Source: Pseudomonadota bacterium
GTDB taxonomy: Bacteria; Pseudomonadota; Alphaproteobacteria; Rhodobacterales; Rhodobacteraceae
DNA length: 64,000 nt
Reading direction: 5' to 3'
Assembly (NCBI GenBank): GCA_036154315.1
Contig: JAYZLL010000035.1
Span: 3,934 to 67,933 of the forward strand
The notes under the pieces: generated by a model
Databases searched by the model: none
Told to the model about the DNA's origin: nothing
The model's input: the letters and a program-made list of their open reading frames with translations, nothing else
Translations under genes and position numbers: made by a program
In this document: one piece after another, positions 56,067 through 64,000 of the stretch
Position numbering within the stretch: position 1 is the stretch's first letter
Layout: each line of letters opens with the position of its first letter

Positions 56067-56273
56067 TTAGATAGATGGGGTTGGCAGAAACGGCTCACGC
56101 GGCCCGTCAACGGCGCTACAATATCTGGCGACCCTGTGGATAACTTTGACCACATCGGGTGTTTTTCGCAGCCAAACCATTTTGCCCGGAAAATTTATGT
56201 GCTAGGACAAATGCCAACGCTAGACCGGCACAGGCAAGTCGGTGAATCAACTGCGATGGGGTAGGCGGGGGAT

Positions 56274-57170
56274 ATGCACGAACAGCGACAGAGCGGAACC
56301 GCTGCACGGCTCCTGAAAGGCGCCGCAACGCTTGCGCTCGTTGGCATGCTGGCCGGTTGCTCCGGCGGCGGCGGTCTGGGCTCTTGGTTTGGGAATGCCT
56401 TCGGCGATGACCGGGAAACCAAGCCGATCGAAGATTTCACGGCCGAGCAGATCTTTGCCCGGGCCGAGTACGATCTCGAGAATCGGGATTTCGACGACGC
56501 CGCGAAGTGGTTCGGCGAGGTCGAGCGGGTCTATCCGTACACCCAACTTGCCAAACGTGCGCTCATCATGCAGGCCTTTGCCTATCACAGCGACGGCGAG
56601 TACGAGCTCGCCCGTGCCGCTGCGCAACGGTTCGTCGACTTCTATCCTGGCGACGAGGACGCAGGCTATGCGACCTATCTGCTGGCGCTGAGCTATTACG
56701 ACCAGATCGAAGACGTGGGCCGCGATCAGGGCCTGACCTATCAGGCGCTGCAGGCGCTGCGCGACGTCATCGAGCTGTACCCCGACACCGAATACGCCCG
56801 TTCGGCGATCCTCAAGTTCGACCTTGCCTACGATCACCTCGCCGCCAAGGAGATGGAGATCGGGCGCTATTACCTCAAGCGCAAGCATTACGCTGCCGCC
56901 GTGAACCGGTTCCGTGTGGTGGTCGAGCAGTTCCAGACCACGACGCAGACGCCCGAAGCGCTGCACCGTCTGGTGGAAAGCTATGTCTCGCTCGGCCTGT
57001 CCGACGAGGCCGAGACCGCAGGCGCGATCCTCGGGTACAACTACCAGTCGACGGAATGGTACGAGGACAGCTATGCGCTGTTGACCCGCAACGGCCTGAA
57101 ACCGCAGGCCAAGGGCAACAGCTGGCTCGCCGCGATCTACCGCCAGATGGTCAAGGGTGAGTGGCTCTAG
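56274..57170 (+). CDS. bamD: outer membrane protein assembly factor BamD
   Basis: Lipobox LVGMLAGCSG. TPR-like repeats and the conserved YPYTQLAKRALIMQAFAY / YYLKRKHYAAAVNRF segments. Confidence 0.9.
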   Translation: MHEQRQSGTAARLLKGAATLALVGMLAGCSGGGGLGSWFGNAFGDDRETKPIEDFTAEQIFARAEYDLENRDFDDAAKWFGEVERVYPYTQLAKRALIMQAFAYHSDGEYELARAAAQRFVDFYPGDEDAGYATYLLALSYYDQIEDVGRDQGLTYQALQALRDVIELYPDTEYARSAILKFDLAYDHLAAKEMEIGRYYLKRKHYAAAVNRFRVVVEQFQTTTQTPEALHRLVESYVSLGLSDEAETAGAILGYNYQSTEWYEDSYALLTRNGLKPQAKGNSWLAAIYRQMVKGEWL

Positions 57171-57182
57171 CCTCAACCGCTC

Positions 57183-58847
57183 ATGCTCGTCAGCCTCGAC
57201 ATCCGGGACATGCTTATCATCGACCGGCTGGAGCTTGAGTTCCGGCCGGGCCTGAACGTATTGACCGGCGAGACCGGGGCCGGCAAATCCATCCTTCTCG
57301 ACAGTCTCGGCTTCGTTCTGGGCTGGCGCGGCCGTGCCGATCTGGTGCGGCAGGGCGCTGACGAGGGCGAAGTTACCGCCGTGTTCGCTTTGCCCGACGA
57401 CCATGCGGCCCATGCCGTGCTGGACGAGGCCGGTATCCCCAAATCGGATGAGCTGATCCTGCGTCGTGTGAACCGGTCAGGCGGCACCAAGAGCGCGTGG
57501 ATCAACGACCGCCGCGCCTCGGGCGAGGTGCTGAGGGCGCTGTCGGATACGCTGGTGGAGCTTCACGGTCAGCAGGACGACAAGGGTCTGTTGAACCCGC
57601 GCACGCACCGGCTGCTTCTCGACCAGTTCGGCGGGCTCGAAGGGCAGGTGGCGGATGTGCGGGCGGCGTGGCGGGCGCTGTCCGAGGCGGGCAAGGCGCT
57701 GGCGGCGGCCGAGGCGCGTCTGGCGGCGGCCCGGGACGAAGAAGAGTTTCTGCGCCATGCGGCGGGCGAGTTGGAAAAGCTCGATCCGCAGCCGGGCGAG
57801 GACGGCGAACTCGATGCCCGCCGCCGGATGATGCAGGCCGGGCAGCGCATCGGCGAGGATGTGACGCGGGCGGGCGAGGCGCTTGGCCCCGGCGAGGGCG
57901 CCGAGGGCCGGATGGGTGATGCTCTGCGCTGGCTCGAAGGCGTGGCCGACAAGGCGGGCGACTCGCTCGACCCGGCCATCGAGGCGCTGAACCGCGCGCT
58001 CGTCGAATTGGGCGAGGCGACGCAGGGGGTCGAACAGGCGCTGGACGCGCTAGCCTTTGATCCGGGCGAGTTGGAGCGGGTCGAGGAACGGCTGTTCGCG
58101 ATCCGGGCACTGGCGCGCAAACATGGTGTGGCGCCCGACGATCTGGGCACGTTTGCCGAAGAGATGCGCGAAAAGCTCATGGCTTTGGACAAAGGCGAGG
58201 GCGACCTTGCCGATCTGCGCAAGGCCGAGGCTTCGGCGCGTGCGGCCTATGACGCTGCCGCCGCCGATCTGAGCGCGGCTCGGAGCGCGGCGGCGACCCG
58301 GCTGGATGCTGAAATGTCCGCAGAACTCGCACCGCTCAAGATGGAGCGCGCGGTGTTCACCACTGAGATGACCGAGGCGGATGGCGGGCCGGAGGGGCGC
58401 GATGCGGTGACCTTCACCGTCGCGACGAACCCCGGTGCGCCGTCCGGTCCGCTGAACAAAATCGCCTCGGGCGGTGAGTTGAGCCGGTTCCTTCTGGCGC
58501 TCAAGGTCTGTCTGACGCGCGAGGCCGAGGGGCTCACGATGATCTTCGACGAGATCGACCGGGGTGTCGGCGGGGCGACGGCGGATGCGGTCGGTCGGCG
58601 GCTCAAACGGCTGGCGGACGAGGGAGGGCAGGTGCTGGTCGTCACCCATTCGCCGCAGGTGGCAGCCTTGGGGGCACATCACTGGCGCGTGTCCAAGGCC
58701 GTCGAGGATGATGTGACGCTGTCGCGGGTCACGCCGCTGGGTTCAGGCGAGCGGGTCGACGAGATTGCGCGGATGATTTCCGGCGATACCGTCACGACCG
58801 AGGCGCGGGCTGCGGCCAAGGCGCTTCTGGATGCGCCGACAGGCTGA
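57183..58847 (+). CDS. recN: DNA repair protein RecN
   Basis: GETGAGKSILLD Walker A, long coiled coil, ASGGELSRFLLALK signature, FDEIDRGVGG Walker B. Confidence 0.94.
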   Translation: MLVSLDIRDMLIIDRLELEFRPGLNVLTGETGAGKSILLDSLGFVLGWRGRADLVRQGADEGEVTAVFALPDDHAAHAVLDEAGIPKSDELILRRVNRSGGTKSAWINDRRASGEVLRALSDTLVELHGQQDDKGLLNPRTHRLLLDQFGGLEGQVADVRAAWRALSEAGKALAAAEARLAAARDEEEFLRHAAGELEKLDPQPGEDGELDARRRMMQAGQRIGEDVTRAGEALGPGEGAEGRMGDALRWLEGVADKAGDSLDPAIEALNRALVELGEATQGVEQALDALAFDPGELERVEERLFAIRALARKHGVAPDDLGTFAEEMREKLMALDKGEGDLADLRKAEASARAAYDAAAADLSAARSAAATRLDAEMSAELAPLKMERAVFTTEMTEADGGPEGRDAVTFTVATNPGAPSGPLNKIASGGELSRFLLALKVCLTREAEGLTMIFDEIDRGVGGATADAVGRRLKRLADEGGQVLVVTHSPQVAALGAHHWRVSKAVEDDVTLSRVTPLGSGERVDEIARMISGDTVTTEARAAAKALLDAPTG

Positions 58848-58874
58848 ATGTTCGAAAAGTGAAACTTTTGGGCA

Positions 58875-59099
58875 TCAGCGCCGTTTGGATCGTCCGAAAA
58901 TATCGGTTAATTGATAGCGCTCCAGCCGCCCGGCAATGCCTCGCCACGCCGGTTTGAGGTCGATCAGCGCCACGGCGGCCCCCAGTGGGATCATCCAGAA
59001 GCCGAGAACGGGCAGGAAGCCGAACACACCACCGATCATCAGCAGAATGCCCACGGGCAGGCGCGCGCCGGGGGGCAGTTTGACCTTCGCAAAGGTCAT
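58875..59099 (-). CDS. small two-TM membrane protein (PGPGW-like?)
   Basis: The ATG at 59097-59099 gives 74 aa: MTFAKVKLPPGARLPVGILLMIGGVFGFLPVLGFWMIPLGAAVALIDL.. The longer 112-aa version has a non-coding-looking N-terminus. Confidence 0.5.
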   Translation of the reverse strand: MTFAKVKLPPGARLPVGILLMIGGVFGFLPVLGFWMIPLGAAVALIDLKPAWRGIAGRLERYQLTDIFGRSKRR

Positions 59100-59131
59100 C
59101 GTGCCGTCCCACAACTGGTTGATGCGGGCGG

Positions 59132-60505
59132 TCAGCCTTGCCTGACGACTTTGCCGGGGTTCAGGATGCCCTTCGGGTCCAGCGCCGTCTTGATGTCGGT
59201 CATCACGTCCCATGCGTCGCCGTGCTGCGCCTCCATATACGCGAGCTTGCCCATGCCGATCCCGTGCTCGCCGGTCACGGTGCCGCCCAGCCGAAGCGCG
59301 CGTTCGTTCATCCGCGCGGCCACGGCTTTGGCAGCCTCCAACTCGGCGGGCTGGGACGGATCAACGAGCAGGATGGCATGGAAGTTCCCGTCACCGACAT
59401 GACCGAGGATCGGCCCCTCGAGGATCGAAGCGGCGATATCAGCCTGCGTTTCCTCGACCGCTTGGGCAAGGTTCGAGATCGGCACGCAGACATCCGTCAC
59501 CACCGCCGTGGTGCCGGGGCGCAGGCCCAGGCAGGCCCAATAGGCATGGTGTCGCATGGTCCAGAGCGCGGTGCGATCCTCGGGTCGCGTCGCGACCTCG
59601 ACACCGGAGGCCCCGAAATCCGCGACGATTTCGCCGAACCGTTCGGCGTCTTCTGCCACGCTGGATTGCGAGCCGTGGAATTCGACGAAAAGATGCGGTG
59701 TCTCGGCCACGTCGGAGCCGGAATAGGCGTTCACGGCGCGCACGGCGTCGGCGTCGAGAAATTCGATCCGCGCCATCGGCAGACCCATCTGGATCACGGC
59801 AACGACCGCCTCGACCGCGTCTCCCATCCGCGCGAAAGCGCAGATGCCAGCCGATACCGCTTCGGGCTGGCCGTTGAGGCGCAGGGTCAGCTCGGTGATG
59901 ATGCCCAGCGTCCCCTCGGAGCCCAGAAACATGCCCGTCAGGTCATAGCCGGACGAAGACTTGCGCGCCCGTGTCCCGGTTCGGATCACGCGGCCATCGG
60001 CGAGCACCACTTCGAGCGCCAGCACGTTGTCGCGCATCGTCCCGTAGCGCACGGTGGTCGTGCCCGAGGCGCGGGTGGCCGCCATGCCCCCGATGCTCGC
60101 ATTCGCGCCGGGATCGACCGAAAAGAACAGGCCGGTGGCGCGCAGCTCGCGGTTCAGATCCTCACGCGTCAGGCCGGGTTGCACCACGACGTCCATATCG
60201 CCCTGATTGATCTTCAGGATCGACGCCATGCGGGAAAAATCGATGGTCACGCCGCCCAGGATCGCGCTCGTATGCCCCTCGAGCGAAGTGCCCGCGCCAT
60301 AGGCGACGACCGGCACGTTATGGGCGTGACAGATCGCCATGATGCGGGAGACGTCATCGGTGCTGGCCGGATAGGCGACCGCATCGGGCGGCGCCAGCGC
60401 GAAATGCGTCTCGGACCCGCCATGCGCGTCCAGATCGGACTTGGACCGGCTGAACCGATCCCCTAGAACCGACGCAAGCTCGGAAAATGCTGCATCGAAG
60501 GCCAT
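59132..60505 (-). CDS. FAD-linked oxidase (D-lactate dehydrogenase / GlcD-like)
   Basis: 457 aa from the ATG at 60503-60505 (MAFDAAFSELASVLG). FAD-binding PCMH motif AYGAGTSLEGH and C-terminal GTVTGEHGIG. Confidence 0.88.
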   Translation of the reverse strand: MAFDAAFSELASVLGDRFSRSKSDLDAHGGSETHFALAPPDAVAYPASTDDVSRIMAICHAHNVPVVAYGAGTSLEGHTSAILGGVTIDFSRMASILKINQGDMDVVVQPGLTREDLNRELRATGLFFSVDPGANASIGGMAATRASGTTTVRYGTMRDNVLALEVVLADGRVIRTGTRARKSSSGYDLTGMFLGSEGTLGIITELTLRLNGQPEAVSAGICAFARMGDAVEAVVAVIQMGLPMARIEFLDADAVRAVNAYSGSDVAETPHLFVEFHGSQSSVAEDAERFGEIVADFGASGVEVATRPEDRTALWTMRHHAYWACLGLRPGTTAVVTDVCVPISNLAQAVEETQADIAASILEGPILGHVGDGNFHAILLVDPSQPAELEAAKAVAARMNERALRLGGTVTGEHGIGMGKLAYMEAQHGDAWDVMTDIKTALDPKGILNPGKVVRQG

Positions 60506-60586
60506 GCCCTTACCCCCCAGAATGGTCCGGTCTTTTTTATAGAAGCGCCCATACGAAAAAAAGGCAGGGGCGAGAATGGAAACACT

Positions 60587-62269
60587 GTGTCGCTGAGAAA
60601 CGCGATAAAGCGGCAATTCTCCGCCGCCAATGCCTATCGTGCCCGCTCGCTCGCGCTGATCCGCGAAAAGGGGCCGGGACAGGTGCAGTTCTGGGTGATC
60701 GCTCTGATCATCGGGATCGCCGCCGGTTTCGCTGCGCTTCTGTTCCGGCTCGGGATCGAGCGGTTTCAGGCGTTTCTCTATGGTACCGACGATGTGGCGC
60801 ATCTGCACAGCTTTGCCGAAACGCTGCCGTGGTTCTGGATTCTCATGCTCCCCGCCGGGGGCGGTCTGGTCGTGGGCATCATCCTGAACTGGACCACGAA
60901 TGATGGGCGCGTGCGCTCGGTCGCGGACGTGATCGAAGGTGCCGCGATGTGGGAGGGGCGGGTGGAAAAGCGCGCAGGGATCGGCTCGGCGCTGGCCTCG
61001 TTCATCACCCTGTCGGCGGGCGGCTCGTCAGGCCGTGAGGGGCCGGTCGTTCACATGGCCGCCGTCATGGCGACTTGGGTGTCGACGCGGATCGAGGCAT
61101 CCGGCATCACCGCACGCGAAATTCTAGGCTGCGCGGTGGCCGCTGCCGTGTCCGCGAGCTTCAACGCGCCCATCGCAGGCGCGCTTTTCGCGCTCGAGGT
61201 GGTGCTGCGTCACTTCGCCGTCCACGCCTTTGCCCCCATCGCCATCGCGTCGGTGGCGGGCACTGTCATCAACCGGATCGAGTTCGGCGGCGTCACCGAG
61301 TTCGCGCTGCCGGACAAGGGCGGTCTTGCGTTCTATGTCGAACTGCCCGCTTTTTTGCTGCTTGGGGTCATCTCCGGCGTGGTCGCCGTGGCCCTGATGC
61401 GGGCGATCTTTCTGTCCGACGACTTCGGCAACTGGCTGCAGAAGCGCATCAACCTGCCGCGCGTCCTGCGCCCGGCGATCTCGGGCCTGATGCTGGGCGC
61501 CATCGCCATCGCGTTTCCGCATATCATCGGGGTCGGATACGAGACGACCTCGCGCGCGCTGACGGGGGAGTTGGTGCTGCACGAGGCGGTGGTGTTCGCC
61601 GTGCTCAAGGTCATCGCCGTGTCGATCACGATGGCGGGGCGGATGGGGGGAGGCGTGTTTTCCCCGGCGCTCATGGTCGGTGCGCTGACAGGCCTCGCCT
61701 ACGGCCTGATCGCGACGGCTGTTTTCCCGGAAGTGTCGGGGAGCCAGTCGCTTTATGCGCTTGCGGGCATGGGCGCCGTGGCGGCTGCCGTTCTGGGCGC
61801 GCCGATCTCGACCACGCTCATCGTCTTTGAACTGACAGGCGACTGGCAGACGGGGCTGGCTGTGCTTGTGGCCGTGTCGATTTCGACCGCGATCTCGACG
61901 CGTATGGTGGATATGTCGTTCTTCCTCACCCAACTCGCGCGGCGTGGCGTGCGGCTCGCGGCCGGGCCCGAGGCGTGGCTTTTGGCGACGCTGCGCGTGG
62001 CGAGCGTCATGCGCAGAAAGGAAGATCCGCGTGCCGCGTCCGAAGACGCCTGTTGGGAGCTGATCGAGGACGGGGTCTATATCGACGCGAACGGCACGCT
62101 GGATGCCGCCATGCCGATTTTCGAGAAGACGGGCACGCATTTCATCCCGGTCGTGACCATCACGGGCGAGGGCGAGGGGCCGGAGCTGTGGGGTGCGCTG
62201 CACCACGTCGACGCCCTCAAGGCGTTCAACAAGAAGCTGTCGGAAGCCGCGATCGAAGAACACTCCTGA
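60587..62269 (+). CDS. ClC-family voltage-gated chloride channel/antiporter with C-terminal CBS-like region
   Basis: GSSGREGP selectivity motif, GGVFSPAL, GAPIS. The GTG start at 60587 is uncertain. Confidence 0.88.
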   Translation: MSLRNAIKRQFSAANAYRARSLALIREKGPGQVQFWVIALIIGIAAGFAALLFRLGIERFQAFLYGTDDVAHLHSFAETLPWFWILMLPAGGGLVVGIILNWTTNDGRVRSVADVIEGAAMWEGRVEKRAGIGSALASFITLSAGGSSGREGPVVHMAAVMATWVSTRIEASGITAREILGCAVAAAVSASFNAPIAGALFALEVVLRHFAVHAFAPIAIASVAGTVINRIEFGGVTEFALPDKGGLAFYVELPAFLLLGVISGVVAVALMRAIFLSDDFGNWLQKRINLPRVLRPAISGLMLGAIAIAFPHIIGVGYETTSRALTGELVLHEAVVFAVLKVIAVSITMAGRMGGGVFSPALMVGALTGLAYGLIATAVFPEVSGSQSLYALAGMGAVAAAVLGAPISTTLIVFELTGDWQTGLAVLVAVSISTAISTRMVDMSFFLTQLARRGVRLAAGPEAWLLATLRVASVMRRKEDPRAASEDACWELIEDGVYIDANGTLDAAMPIFEKTGTHFIPVVTITGEGEGPELWGALHHVDALKAFNKKLSEAAIEEHS

Positions 62270-62287
62270 TCGCGGGGCGTGGACCGC

Positions 62288-62629
62288 TCAAAGTTCCTCG
62301 ACCGTGACCTTGTTCGGGTAGAAGGCGAGGTAGCCTTTGATCTCGGCCATGTCGTCCTTGGGGTCCTCATAAGACCATGCCGCATCGACGATCACCGTCG
62401 ATTTCGTCGGGATCGAGTAATAAGAGGCGTCGCCTTTCCACGGGCAATGCGACGTGGTCTCGGACGGGTCCAGAAACGACATTGCGATGTCTTCGCGCGG
62501 GAAATAGATCACCGCCGGATAATCGCCCTCGGTCAGTTCCAGCGCGTTCTGCGTTTCACCGAGCACGGCGCCGCCAGCGCGCACCACCCATTTACCGGGT
62601 GCCTTGCGGATTGTGATGTGATCGGCCAT
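62288..62629 (-). CDS. DUF427 domain protein
   Basis: 113 aa from the ATG at 62627-62629 ([16 protein letters not shown]). The [10 protein letters not shown] motif is characteristic of DUF427. Confidence 0.8.
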   Translation of the reverse strand: MADHITIRKAPGKWVVRAGGAVLGETQNALELTEGDYPAVIYFPREDIAMSFLDPSETTSHCPWKGDASYYSIPTKSTVIVDAAWSYEDPKDDMAEIKGYLAFYPNKVTVEEL

Positions 62630-62689
62630 GCGCGTCTCCCCTGAACCCTGCCGGGCGGACCCTAACAGGTTTTCCATGAATGTTCTGTG

Positions 62690-64000
62690 TCAAAGTGGCG
62701 CACAGGCTTTGGTGAGCCACAGGTGCGCCGGGGCCGAGATGCGGCCCGAGAGTTTTTCAAGACAGGTCTTGTGATAGGCGTCGAGCCACGCCCGTTCGCC
62801 CGCATCCAGCATGTCGGTCAGGATCAGTCGGCGGTCGATGGGCACATATGTCAGCGTCTCGAAGGCGAGGAAATCGCGGTCGTCGCCACCGGGCAGGGCT
62901 TTTACCTCGGTCACGGCGATCAGGTTTTCGATCCGGATGCCGAAGGCTCCGTCGCGATAATACCCGGGCTCGTTCGACAGGATCATGCCCGGCTCGAACG
63001 GAATATCGGACACGCGCGACAGGCGCTGGGGCCCCTCATGCACCGACAGATACGAGCCGACGCCGTGGCCGGTGCCGTGGTTGAAATCCTGATGCGCGAG
63101 CCAGAGCGGATACCGCGCCAGCGCGTCGAGATGCGCGCCTGCGACGCCGCGCGGGAAACGCGCGCGGGAGATGGCGATCATGCCCTTGAGCACGCGGGTG
63201 AACGCCGCACGTTCCTCATCCCCCACATCGCCCACGGGCAGGGTGCGCGTGATGTCGGTGGTGCCGTCCATGTACTGCGCGCCGCTGTCGAGGACGACGA
63301 GGTCGCCGGTTTCGAGCGAACGGTTCGTGTCGCGCGTCACGCGGTAGTGCATGATCGCGCCGTTCGGACCCGAGCCACAGATCGTGTCGAAGGAAATGTC
63401 GCGCAGCTCGTTGGTGGCGCGGCGCTGGGTTTCCAACTCGGTGACGAGGTCGATCTCGGTCAGCCCACCAAGCGGCGCGGTCGCGTCATACCACGTCAGA
63501 AACTCGACCAGCGCGGCGGCGTCGCGCAGATGCGCGGTGCGCGCGCCTTCGAGTTCGGCAGAGTTCTTGCGGGCCTTGGGCAGGGCGCAGGGGTCCTGTC
63601 CCCAGTCCACATCGATGCCCTCGGCGGTGAGGATACGCGACACGGCGATGGGGGCGGTGGACTTGTCCACGCGCACCGGGCCGGTCAATTCGCTCAGCGC
63701 CTCGGCAAAATCCGCGATATCGGCGAATGCGACCTCGTCGCCGAACGGCGCGATGCCGTCGAGCGGGCGGGTGGGTTCGGTAAAGACGAGGCAGCGGCCC
63801 TCATCCGTCACGATGGCGAAGCCCTGCATCACGGGCACACGCGGAATATCGGCGCCGCGAATGTTCAAGAGCCAGCAGATCGAATCCGGGGCGCTCAGAA
63901 CCGCAGCCTGCTGGCCTTCGGCTTTCAGCGTCTCGACCAGAGCCGCCAGTTTTTCGACCGTGGTCTTGCCCGCGTATTCAATCGGTTGGTCGAAGATCGG
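62690..64000 (-). CDS. aminopeptidase P family (M24B) protein, C-terminal part; gene continues beyond window end
   Basis: HGTGHGVGSYLSVHEGPQ, SNEPGYY, IRIENL. The reading frame stays open upstream of the listed Met at 63868 (…LLNIRGADIP is internal in this family). Confidence 0.85.
   Translation of the reverse strand, partial: PIFDQPIEYAGKTTVEKLAALVETLKAEGQQAAVLSAPDSICWLLNIRGADIPRVPVMQGFAIVTDEGRCLVFTEPTRPLDGIAPFGDEVAFADIADFAEALSELTGPVRVDKSTAPIAVSRILTAEGIDVDWGQDPCALPKARKNSAELEGARTAHLRDAAALVEFLTWYDATAPLGGLTEIDLVTELETQRRATNELRDISFDTICGSGPNGAIMHYRVTRDTNRSLETGDLVVLDSGAQYMDGTTDITRTLPVGDVGDEERAAFTRVLKGMIAISRARFPRGVAGAHLDALARYPLWLAHQDFNHGTGHGVGSYLSVHEGPQRLSRVSDIPFEPGMILSNEPGYYRDGAFGIRIENLIAVTEVKALPGGDDRDFLAFETLTYVPIDRRLILTDMLDAGERAWLDAYHKTCLEKLSGRISAPAHLWLTKACAPL

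Noticed and set aside
1-64000. Searched for prophage, IS/transposon, integrase, tRNA/rRNA, toxin-antitoxin pairs, restriction-modification or other defence islands.
   Set aside because: No transposase, integrase, recombinase, capsid, terminase or nuclease/ATPase defence signatures were seen. No cloverleaf-like tRNA sequences were noticed. The only phage-like element is the isolated tailspike-like gene reported above.

Overview
GC-rich (codon third positions are almost always G/C) chromosomal window that looks alphaproteobacterial, probably Rhodobacterales. That placement is inferred from gene content: class I LysRS, a Hint-domain protein, a DUF1127 gene followed by CCUCCUCCC hairpin RNAs, and a DUF2484 gene inside the dcw cluster. 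The second half (about 32.3-56.0 kb) is a complete division/cell-wall (dcw) cluster, mraZ-rsmH-ftsL-ftsI-murE-murF-mraY-murD-ftsW-murG-murC-murB-ddl-ftsQ-ftsA-ftsZ, interrupted by three blocks of non-dcw genes and followed by bamD and recN. The first half is mostly housekeeping or accessory metabolism: nadD, PBP4-type carboxypeptidase, GST, lysK, a short-Q-loop cytochrome bd oxidase with a 41-aa trailing microprotein, PPK2, a lytic transglycosylase, a four-gene amine/amino-acid catabolic operon, and uvrD. Items most worth a second look: (1) eight hairpins whose loops all read CCUCCUCCC on the minus strand, directly downstream of a 72-aa DUF1127 gene (CcsR/cuckoo-type anti-Shine-Dalgarno sRNA cluster); (2) a unique triple TTAA (CtrA-box-like) operator in front of a small unknown gene and a frameshifted, about 760-aa tailspike-like beta-helix gene, a possible gene-transfer-agent accessory locus; (3) an unusually long, lower-GC leader upstream of mraZ with repeats and an intrinsic terminator (UpsM-like attenuator sRNA); (4) a bacterial Hint/intein-like autoprocessing protein. 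I found no rRNA, tRNA, CRISPR, transposase, integrase or recognisable defence genes. All homology calls come from motifs read by eye; no database search was run. Many long ORFs in the track are antisense shadows typical of high-GC DNA and are not reported as genes.
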